39,445 bases of DNA. Origin: an uncultured Lentisphaerota bacterium. GTDB taxonomy: Bacteria > Verrucomicrobiota > Kiritimatiellia > RFP12 > UBA1067. Below the pieces are notes generated by a model that had not been told where the DNA came from, made no database searches, and saw nothing but the letters and a program-made list of their open reading frames with translations. Location: NCBI GenBank assembly GCA_900320855.1, contig ONTV01000031.1:1-39445 (forward strand), in the 5' to 3' direction. Shown here in pieces: positions 18,146 through 26,945 of this stretch (the first letter of the stretch is position 1; every line of letters begins with the position of its first letter). The position numbers and the translations under genes were made by a program.

Positions 18146-19837
18146 ATGGATCAGATACTGCAGCTTCTCGTTCAGAACGGGTACATCGACGAGGCCGGCG
18201 CGAAGGACCTCCAGGACCTCGCGAAGACCGAGTCGAAGACGACGCGCCAGCTCGTCATCGACCAGGGCATCCTCGACGAGGATTCGCTCCTCGCCGCGAT
18301 GGCCGCCTACCAGGACACGGAGGCGATCGACCTCGGCGCGATGACGATCGACACCGAGGTGACGGAGGCGATCCCCGCCTCGACGGCGCGCATGTACAAC
18401 GTCTTCCCCGTCGCGGCGGACGAGTCGTCCGTCACGCTCGCGACGTTCGACCTCGTCGATCCGCGCATCTCCGACGAGATGCTCTTCACGCTTTCGAAGG
18501 AGGTTCGGTTCGTCTTCGCCCGCGAGAAGGACGTGATGGACCGCATCGCCCAGTACTACGGCGACGCGAACGCCTCGGTGGCCGACATGATCAAGTCGCT
18601 CGGCGAGGGCATGAGCGACGACGAGACGCTGGCGGCGGGCGCGAACGCGAACGACATCGCCTCGATGGAGTCGGCGGCGAACTCGAACGCGATCATCAAG
18701 TTCGTGAACCTCGTCCTCTACCAGGGCGTCGTCGACCACGCCGCCGACATCCACATCGAGCCGTTCGAGGACGACTTCAAGATCCGCTACCGCGTCGACG
18801 GCGCGCTCTACGCGATGAAGGCGCCGGACGTGAAGATGGCCCCGGCGATCATCTCGCGCGTGAAGATCCTCGCGGGCCTCAACATCGCCGAGCGCCGCGT
18901 GCCGCAGGACGGCCGCATCGCGCTCACGGTCGCGGGCCGTCCGGTCGACCTGCGCGTCTCGTGCCTGCCGACGGCGCACGGCGAGTCGGTCGTCATGCGA
19001 ATCCTCGACCAGACGACGACGTCGCTCGACCTCGAGAACGTCGGTCTCCCCGAGGACGTCTACGAGCAGATCACGATGGACATCGAGAAGCCGAACGGCA
19101 TCTTCATCGTGACCGGCCCGACCGGCTCGGGCAAGACGACGACGCTCTACTCCGTCCTCCGCCGCATCAACCAGATCGACACGAAGCTCCTGACGGCCGA
19201 GGAGCCGGTCGAGTACAACGTGGACGGCATCGTGCAGGTGCCGATCGACGCGCGCGCGGGCAACACGTTCGCGAAGGTGCTGCGCGCGTTCCTCCGCCAG
19301 GACCCGGACGTGATGATGATCGGCGAGATCCGCGACCTCGAGACGGCCGAGATCGCCGTTCAGGCGGCGCTGACGGGCCACTTCGTCTTCTCGACGCTGC
19401 ACACGAACGACGCGGCGGGCGCGGTGATGCGACTGGTGGACATGAACGTCGCGCCTTACCTCCTCTCCTCGACGCTGGAGGGCGTCCTCGGCCAGCGACT
19501 CGTCCGCACGTGCTGCAAGGAGTGCAAGCAGCCGTATGAGCCGGACGACGACACGCTTGAGCGCATCGAGATGACGCGCGACCAGATCGGCGGGCGTCCG
19601 TTCTACTACGGCAAGGGCTGCAAGACGTGCAACGGCACGGGCTACAAGGGCCGCAAGGGCGTCTTCGAGTATCTGCGGATGTCGAACCCGCTCCGCGAGC
19701 TCGTGAACAACAAGGCGCCGACCCTGATCATCCGCGAGAAGGCGCGCGAGCTGGGCATGCGCACGATGCGCGAAGACGGCATCCGCTCGATCCTCGACGG
19801 CTACACGACGGTCGACGAAGTCCTGCGCTACACGTGA
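18146..19837 (+). CDS. GspE/PilB-family secretion/pilus assembly ATPase
   Basis: ADIHIEP, PQDGRI, GPTGSGKTTTLY, LRQDPDVMMIGEIRD, STLHTNDA, tetra-Cys zinc motif. Confidence 0.92.
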   Translation: MDQILQLLVQNGYIDEAGAKDLQDLAKTESKTTRQLVIDQGILDEDSLLAAMAAYQDTEAIDLGAMTIDTEVTEAIPASTARMYNVFPVAADESSVTLATFDLVDPRISDEMLFTLSKEVRFVFAREKDVMDRIAQYYGDANASVADMIKSLGEGMSDDETLAAGANANDIASMESAANSNAIIKFVNLVLYQGVVDHAADIHIEPFEDDFKIRYRVDGALYAMKAPDVKMAPAIISRVKILAGLNIAERRVPQDGRIALTVAGRPVDLRVSCLPTAHGESVVMRILDQTTTSLDLENVGLPEDVYEQITMDIEKPNGIFIVTGPTGSGKTTTLYSVLRRINQIDTKLLTAEEPVEYNVDGIVQVPIDARAGNTFAKVLRAFLRQDPDVMMIGEIRDLETAEIAVQAALTGHFVFSTLHTNDAAGAVMRLVDMNVAPYLLSSTLEGVLGQRLVRTCCKECKQPYEPDDDTLERIEMTRDQIGGRPFYYGKGCKTCNGTGYKGRKGVFEYLRMSNPLRELVNNKAPTLIIREKARELGMRTMREDGIRSILDGYTTVDEVLRYT

Positions 19838-19863
19838 CGCGGCTGCGGAGGGGGATCCCTTTC

Positions 19864-21297
19864 ATGGTCATTCATCCATCGGACAACGTGGAGGTCCGCG
19901 ACGACGGACACAAGTACGCGCGGCGCGACATCGCCGAAGGCGAGAACATCATCAAGTACGGCATGCCCATCGGGCACGCGACGCGGGCGATCGCGAAGGG
20001 CGAGCACGTCCACGTCGACAACGTGAAGACGAACCTCGGCGAAGTCCTCGAATACCGCTACGAGCCGTCGTTCGCCGACGTCCCGCGCGTTCCCGCGCCG
20101 ACGATCCGCGCCTACCGCCGTCCCGACGGGCGCATTGGCATCCGCAACGACCTCTGGGTCATTCCGCTCGTCGGCTGCGTGAACCGCCTTGCGGAACGGC
20201 TGGCCGCGCGCGTCGGTGGCCTCGCCCTCACGCATCCCTACGGTTGTTCGCAGATGGGCGAAGACCACGAGCGGACGGCGAACATGCTCGTGCAGTTCTG
20301 CCACCACCCGAACGCGGGCGGCGTCCTCGTCGTCGCGCTCGGTTGCGAGAACAACACGCTGGAGAGCTTTGCCGCACGTCTCGGCTACGACCCGAAGACC
20401 TTCGACGCCGCCTCCGGAACCTTCCAAACGCCCCAACCCCCAAACTCCCAAACTCCCAAACGCCCAAACATCCAGCCCCCTTTCAACATCCGTTTCCTCC
20501 GTGCGCAGGATCCGGGCGACGAGTTCGAGAAGGGACTGGCGCTGCTGGCGGAGCTGGACGCGGCGCGCCCGAAGACGCGCGAGGCGGTGTCGGCGTCCGA
20601 GCTCGTCGTGGGGCTCAAGTGCGGCGGGTCGGACGGCTTTTCGGGCCTCACGGCGAATCCGCTCGTCGGTCGGTTCTCCGACTGGCTCGCCGCGCGCGGC
20701 GGCTCGACGATCCTCACCGAGGTCCCCGAGATGTTCGGCGCGGAGACGCTGCTCATGAAGCGGTGCCGCACGCGCGACGTCTTCGACAAGTGCGTGAAGA
20801 TGATCAACGACTTCAAGGGCTACTACGCCGCGCACAACCAGGTCTGCTACGAGAACCCCTCGCCCGGCAACAAGGCGGGCGGCATCACGACGCTGGAGGA
20901 CAAGTCGCTCGGCTGCGTGCAGAAGGGCGGCTCGGCCCCGGTCGAGGACGTGCTGGGCTACGGCGAGACCGTGAAGCGCCACGGGCTTTCGCTCCTGACG
21001 GGCCCCGGCAACGACCTCGTCGCCTCCACGGTGCTGGCGGCGGCGGGCTGCCACCTCATCCTCTTCACGACGGGGCGCGGCACGCCGTTCGGCTGCGTCG
21101 TCCCGACGCTCAAGGTCGCGACGAACGACGCGCTCGCGGCGAAGAAGCCGAACTGGATCGACTGGAACGCGATGTCGAATCCCGACGTCGAGGCGTTCGC
21201 GCAGAAGGTGCTGGCGGTCGCGAGCGGCGAGAAGGCGAAGAACGAGGTCTGCGGCGCGCAGGGCATCGCGATCTTCAAGGACGGCGTGACGCTCTGA
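19864..21297 (+). CDS. uxaA: altronate dehydratase
   Basis: SAF domain (IIKYGMPIG), HPYGCSQ, LKCGGSDGFSG, NPSPGNKAGG, FTTGRGTP. Confidence 0.92.
   Translation: MVIHPSDNVEVRDDGHKYARRDIAEGENIIKYGMPIGHATRAIAKGEHVHVDNVKTNLGEVLEYRYEPSFADVPRVPAPTIRAYRRPDGRIGIRNDLWVIPLVGCVNRLAERLAARVGGLALTHPYGCSQMGEDHERTANMLVQFCHHPNAGGVLVVALGCENNTLESFAARLGYDPKTFDAASGTFQTPQPPNSQTPKRPNIQPPFNIRFLRAQDPGDEFEKGLALLAELDAARPKTREAVSASELVVGLKCGGSDGFSGLTANPLVGRFSDWLAARGGSTILTEVPEMFGAETLLMKRCRTRDVFDKCVKMINDFKGYYAAHNQVCYENPSPGNKAGGITTLEDKSLGCVQKGGSAPVEDVLGYGETVKRHGLSLLTGPGNDLVASTVLAAAGCHLILFTTGRGTPFGCVVPTLKVATNDALAAKKPNWIDWNAMSNPDVEAFAQKVLAVASGEKAKNEVCGAQGIAIFKDGVTL
20424..20479 (+). repeat. CCAAACNC octamer array in frame in uxaA
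   Basis: ccaaacgc cccaaccc ccaaactc ccaaactc ccaaacgc ccaaacat ccagcccc; reverse complement of the GTTTGG family at 36306. Confidence 0.85.
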
Positions 21298-21362
21298 CGG
21301 GCACTTCAAAGACTGACAAGAAAGTCAGGAAAAATACTCAAGGGAAAGCGAAGGAGAAGAAA

Positions 21363-22496
21363 ATGGAAACGAAGATTCTGCAGTTCGGGGAAGGGAACTT
21401 CCTGCGGTGCTTCGTCGACTGGATGGTTCAGCGGATGAACGACAAGGCCGGGTTTGACGGCGCCGTTCAGATCATCCAGCCCATCGGCGAGGCGCTGTCG
21501 GTGCCGTCGCAGATCCTGAATGCGCGCGGCGGCAAGTACCACACCTGCCTTCGGGGCATCAGCGGCGGACAGACGGTCGAGGAAATCGAGGAGATCACGT
21601 GCGTGAAGGGCGTCGATCTCGCGGCGAACGTCGAGGCGTACGCGACGGATCCGTCGATTCGCTTTGTCGTCTCCAACACGACGGAGGCCGGCATCCAGTA
21701 CGTGAAGGGCGTGGACACCTTCCCTGCGAAGATCGCGCGTCTCGTGGCGGCGCGTTGCCGCGCGAACCTGCCGGGCCTTGTCTTCCTGCCGTGCGAGCTC
21801 ATCGAGCACAATGGCGACAAGCTGAAGGAGTGCACGAAGAAGTACATCGACGATCCGGCCGTCTTGGCGTGGCTGGAGAAGGAATGCGTCTTCTGCTCGA
21901 CGCTCGTCGATCGCATCGTCGCCGGGCGGCCCGACCCCGCGTCGGCCGAACGCTATGCGCAGCAGCTCGGCGAGAAGGACGACGTGCTGGTCTGCGGCGA
22001 GCCGTTCCACTTCTTCGTCGTCGAGCTGCCCGCCGGCTTTGACCTTGAGGCGGAACTGCCGCTCAAGGCCGCCGGCATCAACGTCGTCTACACGCAGGAC
22101 ATGCAGCCCTACCGCACGCGCAAGGTTCGCTTCCTCAACGCGGCGCACACGACGCTCGTCTATCTCGGCCTTGAACGCGGCTTCACCGAGGTCGCGCAGT
22201 GCCTGGCGGACAAGGATCTCAACGCCTTCCTGCGCCAGGTGATCTTCGAGGAGATCTTCCCGACGGTCGATCTGCCGGAGGCCGAGAAGCGAGACTACGC
22301 CGAATCGGTTCTTGAGCGCTTCGCGAACCCCTTTGCCCATCACCAGCTTTCGTCCATCGCCCTCAACACGGCGGCGAAGTGGAAGGCGCGCTGCCTGCCG
22401 GTCGTGGCGGACTACTACCGTCTCTATGGCAAGATGCCCGAGGGCCTGCTGCTTGGCTACGACGCCATCGCCCGCCATTTCGACGCCGCGAAATAA
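21363..22496 (+). CDS. uxaB: tagaturonate reductase (altronate oxidoreductase)
   Basis: ILQFGEGNFLR, VSNTTEAGI, LPCELI, TLVDRIV, KVRFLNAAHT, RFANPF; adjacent to uxaA. Confidence 0.92.
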   Translation: METKILQFGEGNFLRCFVDWMVQRMNDKAGFDGAVQIIQPIGEALSVPSQILNARGGKYHTCLRGISGGQTVEEIEEITCVKGVDLAANVEAYATDPSIRFVVSNTTEAGIQYVKGVDTFPAKIARLVAARCRANLPGLVFLPCELIEHNGDKLKECTKKYIDDPAVLAWLEKECVFCSTLVDRIVAGRPDPASAERYAQQLGEKDDVLVCGEPFHFFVVELPAGFDLEAELPLKAAGINVVYTQDMQPYRTRKVRFLNAAHTTLVYLGLERGFTEVAQCLADKDLNAFLRQVIFEEIFPTVDLPEAEKRDYAESVLERFANPFAHHQLSSIALNTAAKWKARCLPVVADYYRLYGKMPEGLLLGYDAIARHFDAAK

Positions 22497-22563
22497 GGCG
22501 AAACGCCCTTATCCCGGATTTTCTGACAGGGCAATGGCAGACAGGCTCCTTGTCCGCCGCTGC

Positions 22564-22803
22564 GGCGCGGGGAGCAGCTCGCTCCGAGCTTTTTCGGGCA
22601 CACCACTGTAGCCATTTTGCTTCGCAAAACTCGCCTGTCGGCTCGGTGGATACCGCCTGTCGGCTCGGTGGATACCGCCGACAGGACTCCACGAGGTGAA
22701 TGGAGCCTCTGGCCTTCGCTTCCGCATCGGCCCCGCGAGGTGAATCGGCGCGTCGCCGGCCACGTCGGGCCCGAAAAGCTCTGCGCGACTCCTCCCCCGC
22801 GCC
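22564..22803. repeat. 240-bp element with imperfect terminal inverted repeats (MITE-like or structured RNA)
   Basis: Arms 22564-22599 and 22769-22803 are reverse complements with a few mismatches; internal hairpins and a 22-bp tandem duplication (22632-22675). Confidence 0.55.
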
Positions 22804-22978
22804 TCCCCTGCCCCTTGTGCGGAGGGCTAGCCTCGGCGGCGCCCAGTTCCAAAGTGTCTGCAACCGACCGAGCCGTGCGCGCGGCGCTTCTGGCGCGTCC
22901 CCGAAAATACCCCCTTGCGCGCGGGGCGAAAACTATGATATACTACGCTCCATTGAACGCAAGTTCATGAATGAACGT

Positions 22979-23053
22979 TCGGGCGTGGCGCAGTGGTAGC
23001 GCAGTTGACTGTTAATCAATTGGTCGCTGGTTCGAATCCAGCCGCCCGAGCCA
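22979..23053 (+). tRNA. tRNA-Asn (GTT)
   Basis: Acceptor stem TCGGGCG/CGCCCGA, anticodon loop CTGTTAA, GGTTCGAATCC T-arm, encoded CCA; TGnTATACT promoter at 22936-22944. Confidence 0.97.
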
Positions 23054-23069
23054 ATTCAGGATTGCAGGT

Positions 23070-23103
23070 GAGCCTCGCCGAGATGCCGGGGCTCTTGCTT
23101 TTT
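23070..23103 (+). terminator. probable terminator after tRNA
   Basis: gagcctcg...cggggctc stem followed by ttgcttttt. Confidence 0.55.
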
Positions 23104-23162
23104 CCGTCAATAATGCGCCGGGGGTGTTGGCAGGGGCGCGCATCGTGTGCTATAATACGGCC

Positions 23163-24464
23163 ATGACTGCTGCCAAGTTGCTGTTGGACAAGAAACGCGA
23201 GGGTCACGCGCTCGGAAGCGCGGAGATCCGCGAGTTCGTCACGGGCTTCACGCGGGGCGAGATTCCCGACTATCAGATGTCCGCCTTTGCGATGGCCGTC
23301 TGCTGCCGGGGCATGACGCCGCGCGAGACGGCCGACCTCACCGACGCGATGATGCGTTCGGGCGTGACGGTTGACTGGCGGGACGTGCCGTTGCCGACGG
23401 CCGACAAGCACTCGACGGGCGGCGTCGGCGACAAGCTCTCGCTCGTCGTCCAGCCGCTCGCGGCGGCCTGCGGCGTCGCCGTGCCCTCCCTCACGGGGCG
23501 CGGCCTCGGCATCACGGGCGGCACGGCCGACAAGCTCGAGACCATCCCCGGCTACAACGCCGCGCTTTCGCTGGACGCCTTCAAGCGGGTCGTGTCCGAG
23601 GTCGGCGTCTCGATGACCGTGCAGACCGAGGAGATCTGTCCGGCCGACCGCAAGCTCTACGCGCTGCGCGACGTCACGGGGACAGTCGCCTCCATTCCGC
23701 TCATCTGCAGCTCGATTCTCTCGAAGAAGTGGGCCGAGGGCGCGGGCACGCTCGTCTTCGACGTGAAGGTCGGGTCGGGCGCGTTCATGAAGACGCGCGA
23801 GGAGGCGCACGAGCTCGCGACGGCGCTCGTCACGTCCTCGCGGGCGGCGGGGCGCAAGGCTGCCGCGCTCGTCACGGACATGGACGCGCCGCTGGGCTTT
23901 GCCGTCGGGAACGTGAACGAGGTCGCCGAGGCGATCGCGATGCTGAATGGCGAACGCCCGGGCGCCGTCCTCGACCTCTGCGTCGAGGAGGCGGCGCTCA
24001 TGGTCTCGCTTGCGCGGGACTTGCCGCTGGACGAGGCGCGGGCGATGTGCCTGGCGCGCCTCGCGGACGGCGCGGCGTTCGCGAAGTTCGCGCAGATGGT
24101 CGCGGCGCAGGGCGGCGACCTCGACCGCTTCGCGCGCCTTCGGGAGGCGCCGACGTTCAAGTTCCGCATCCAGGCGATGAAGTCGGGCTTCGTGGCGGCG
24201 ATTGACGCGGACCGGGTCGGGCGCGTCGCGCTGGCGCTTGGCGCGGGCCGGGAGCGGGCGGGCGACCGGATCGATCCGCTTGCGGGCGTGACGCTGTCCG
24301 TGCAGGTCGGCGACCGCGTCGCCGTCGGCGCGCCGCTGGCGACGCTGGAGAAGTCCACGGCGCCCGAAGGGCTCGAGAAGGCGGCGGCCGAGCTCTACAA
24401 GGCGTTCCGGGTCGAGCCGGCCGCCCCGGAGCCGAAGCCGCTTGTCATCGAACGGATTGTCTGA
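23163..24464 (+). CDS. pdp: pyrimidine-nucleoside/thymidine phosphorylase
   Basis: PDYQMSAF, DKHSTGGVGDK, GRGLGITGGTADKLE, DVKVGSGAFMK; TGCTATAAT 6 nt before ATG 23163. Confidence 0.93.
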   Translation: MTAAKLLLDKKREGHALGSAEIREFVTGFTRGEIPDYQMSAFAMAVCCRGMTPRETADLTDAMMRSGVTVDWRDVPLPTADKHSTGGVGDKLSLVVQPLAAACGVAVPSLTGRGLGITGGTADKLETIPGYNAALSLDAFKRVVSEVGVSMTVQTEEICPADRKLYALRDVTGTVASIPLICSSILSKKWAEGAGTLVFDVKVGSGAFMKTREEAHELATALVTSSRAAGRKAAALVTDMDAPLGFAVGNVNEVAEAIAMLNGERPGAVLDLCVEEAALMVSLARDLPLDEARAMCLARLADGAAFAKFAQMVAAQGGDLDRFARLREAPTFKFRIQAMKSGFVAAIDADRVGRVALALGAGRERAGDRIDPLAGVTLSVQVGDRVAVGAPLATLEKSTAPEGLEKAAAELYKAFRVEPAAPEPKPLVIERIV

Positions 24465-24466
24465 CC

Positions 24467-25192
24467 ATGGTTGACCTGAACGAGTTGAAGCGGAAGTTCC
24501 CGGCGAAGCGGCGGGCGGACGATGCGGACAGGGCGCCGCTTCACCGCAAGTCGACGAAGGCCGCCGTGAAGGCAATTGCGCGCGAATACGAGCGCAAGCG
24601 GGCCGAATTGACGGGGGGCGCGCCGACGCTGCGGCGCGGGCCGGTCTTCTACGGGGCGGTCGTCCTCGTCCTGGTGCTGGTCGGGGGGCTGGTCCTTTCG
24701 GCGTCGCGTAACGGGATCGGGCTTGGCAAGGCGCGCATCGAGCGCAAGCCCCTGCAGGCGCAGAAGGCGATGCGGGCCCTCTCGGTCGCGCTCGGACGCT
24801 ACAAGTTCCATGTCGGCGCGTATCCGACGACGGCGGAAGGGCTTCACGTGCTGGCGTTCCGGCGTCCGAACGAGATCCGCCGGCTCCGTCGGGCGCATCC
24901 TGGATGGGACGGGCCCTACGTCAACCACATCGTGCCCGACCCGTGGGGAAACGACTACGTCTACGAGACGCGGCCCGAGGGCGGGCCGCCGATTCTCTAC
25001 TCGAAGGGGCCCGATGGCCGGGCCGGCACGACGGACGACGTGCTGCCCGACCAGCTCGCCTTCGAGGAGCCGTTCCGTGACACGACCTGGACGAACGGCT
25101 GGGCGCCGTGCGAGCTGCGCGGCGTCGTCGTCGCGCCGGACGAGGAGACGCGCCGCCGCGTCCAGGACGAGATGCGCCGCTACGACCCGTAG
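24467..25192 (+). CDS. membrane-anchored protein with T2SS pseudopilin GspG C-terminal domain
   Basis: ALGRYKFHVGAYPTTAEGL, WDGPYV, PDPWGNDYVY, LYSKGPDG...DD; one TM helix. Confidence 0.75.
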   Translation: MVDLNELKRKFPAKRRADDADRAPLHRKSTKAAVKAIAREYERKRAELTGGAPTLRRGPVFYGAVVLVLVLVGGLVLSASRNGIGLGKARIERKPLQAQKAMRALSVALGRYKFHVGAYPTTAEGLHVLAFRRPNEIRRLRRAHPGWDGPYVNHIVPDPWGNDYVYETRPEGGPPILYSKGPDGRAGTTDDVLPDQLAFEEPFRDTTWTNGWAPCELRGVVVAPDEETRRRVQDEMRRYDP

Positions 25193-25234
25193 GCAGGCGG
25201 AACGGCCTGTCCTTTTGGTATAATGTCGCCTCCC

Positions 25235-26020
25235 ATGAAAGTTCACTTCCACGTCAACGCGGAAAAGCCCGAGGCGGCGGCGCACAAGGGCGCGCTCGTT
25301 GCGGCGGCCGCGCGCCTTGGCCTTGCGGAGGCGGCGGAGGGGCGCGCGGCGGACGTCGTCATCGCGCTGGGCGGCGACGGCACGCTCCTGCGGGCCGTGC
25401 ATGCGCATCCCGGCGTGCCGATCCTCGGCTTCAAGCTCGGCGGGCTTGGCTACCTTTCAAGCGTCGGCGAGCGCGACTTCGGCGCGGCGCTCGCGGCGCT
25501 GGCGGTCGGGCGCTACCGCGTCTCCGAGCGGCGGCTGCTGCAGGTCGCGGGCCATGCCGCGCTCAACGACGTCGTCCTCACGCGCGAGATGAGCGGACAT
25601 TCCGCGCGCCTCGACCTGGAGGCGGACGGCAAGCTCGTCACGCGCTACATGGCCGACGGGCTCATCTTCGCGACGCCGACGGGCTCGACGGCCTATTCGC
25701 TCGCGGCGGGCGGGCCCGTCCTCATGCCGGACTCGCGCAGTTTCGTCGTCACGCCCCTGAATCCGCACGCCCTGGGCGTCCGTCCGCTCGTCGTGAGCGA
25801 CGACGTTGCGTTCACGGTGACGGTGCGGTCGCGCACGGCGGGGAACGCGCTGCGCGTCGGCGTCTATGCGGACGGGGAGAACGTGGGCGCGCTGGGGGCG
25901 GGCGATTGCGTGACGGTTTCGAAAAGCGCGGCGTCGGCGCGGCTCGTGGAGCTGGAGGGCTATGACCCCTACGACGTTCTCGCGCGCAAACTCGGCTGGT
26001 CGGGGAGCAATGTATCATGA
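25235..26020 (+). CDS. nadK: NAD kinase
   Basis: LGGDGTLL, GGLGYL, ALND, DGLIFATPTGSTAYSLAAGGP. Confidence 0.93.
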   Translation: MKVHFHVNAEKPEAAAHKGALVAAAARLGLAEAAEGRAADVVIALGGDGTLLRAVHAHPGVPILGFKLGGLGYLSSVGERDFGAALAALAVGRYRVSERRLLQVAGHAALNDVVLTREMSGHSARLDLEADGKLVTRYMADGLIFATPTGSTAYSLAAGGPVLMPDSRSFVVTPLNPHALGVRPLVVSDDVAFTVTVRSRTAGNALRVGVYADGENVGALGAGDCVTVSKSAASARLVELEGYDPYDVLARKLGWSGSNVS

Positions 26021-26943
26021 CGTCATTTGAACTGAACGAGGCGATTGCGGACGGCACGATCGCGGAGCTGATCCGCGTCGCCGAGGCGCGGCAGGTGAAG
26101 GCGCTCTCGAAGATCGCCGACATCGTGTGCGGGCGGGCGGGCATCCGGCTCATCCTCGTCGCGGGAGGCTCGGCCGCCGGCAAGACGACGACAGCGACGC
26201 GGCTCTGCACGCAGATCCGCGTGAACGGCCGCGCGGCGTACCATCTCTCGACGGACGACTATTTCGTCGGCGACGCGCGCAATCCGCGCGACGCGAACGG
26301 CGAGCTCGACTACGAGCACGTCGACTGCGTGGACATCCCGGCGCTTGCGGCGGACGTGAACGCGCTCCTGCGGGGCGAGACGGTCGGCGTGCGCAAGTTC
26401 GACTTCGTGCATCATGTGCCGCTCGCGCCCGTGCGCACGGTCTCGCTGCCGAAGGGCGGGTTCGTCGTCCTCGAAGGCATCCACGCGCTCAATCCGCGCC
26501 TCACGCAGGGAATCCCCGACGCGACGAAGTACCGTGTCCTCGTCGAGCCGCGTCCGAGCCTCGACGTCTTCGGCGGCATCGTCCCGAAGCCGAGCGAGGC
26601 GCGCTTTCTGCGGCGGCTCGTGCGCGACAACCAGTTCCGCAAGATGAGCCCGTCCGTGACGGTGCGGCTCTGGCCGAAGGTGCTGGCGGGCGAGGAGAAG
26701 TGGATTCGCCCGTTCTGCGGCAACGCCGACCTGACGTTCGACTCCTATCTCGTCTACGAGCTGGCGGTGCTCAAGCCCTATGCGGGCGGGCTCCTGGAGC
26801 GGGCGCGCCGCGAGCTGGGCGACGTGCGCGAAGTCACGAACATGATCCGGCTCCTTTCCGCCGTCGAATCGACGGGCTCGGCCTACGTGCCGGGCGACTC
26901 GATCATCCGCGAGACGATCGGCGGCAGCCAGCTCGAATACTGA
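26017..26943 (+). CDS. nucleoside (uridine-kinase-like) P-loop kinase
   Basis: AGGSAAGKTT, STDDYF, EGIHALNP, RRLVRD, SIIRETIGGS. Confidence 0.8.
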   Translation: MTSFELNEAIADGTIAELIRVAEARQVKALSKIADIVCGRAGIRLILVAGGSAAGKTTTATRLCTQIRVNGRAAYHLSTDDYFVGDARNPRDANGELDYEHVDCVDIPALAADVNALLRGETVGVRKFDFVHHVPLAPVRTVSLPKGGFVVLEGIHALNPRLTQGIPDATKYRVLVEPRPSLDVFGGIVPKPSEARFLRRLVRDNQFRKMSPSVTVRLWPKVLAGEEKWIRPFCGNADLTFDSYLVYELAVLKPYAGGLLERARRELGDVREVTNMIRLLSAVESTGSAYVPGDSIIRETIGGSQLEY

Positions 26944-26945
26944 AG

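Noticed and set aside
22632-22685. 22-bp repeats as a possible CRISPR array
   Set aside because: Two adjacent copies with no spacers; no cas genes in the window.
22363-22999. Short ORFs in the uxaB-tRNA intergenic region
   Set aside because: No recognisable motifs or RBS; better explained by the palindromic element.
22979-23160. tRNA-Asn as integration site of a genomic island
   Set aside because: No integrase, no duplicated tRNA 3' end seen, and housekeeping genes on both sides.
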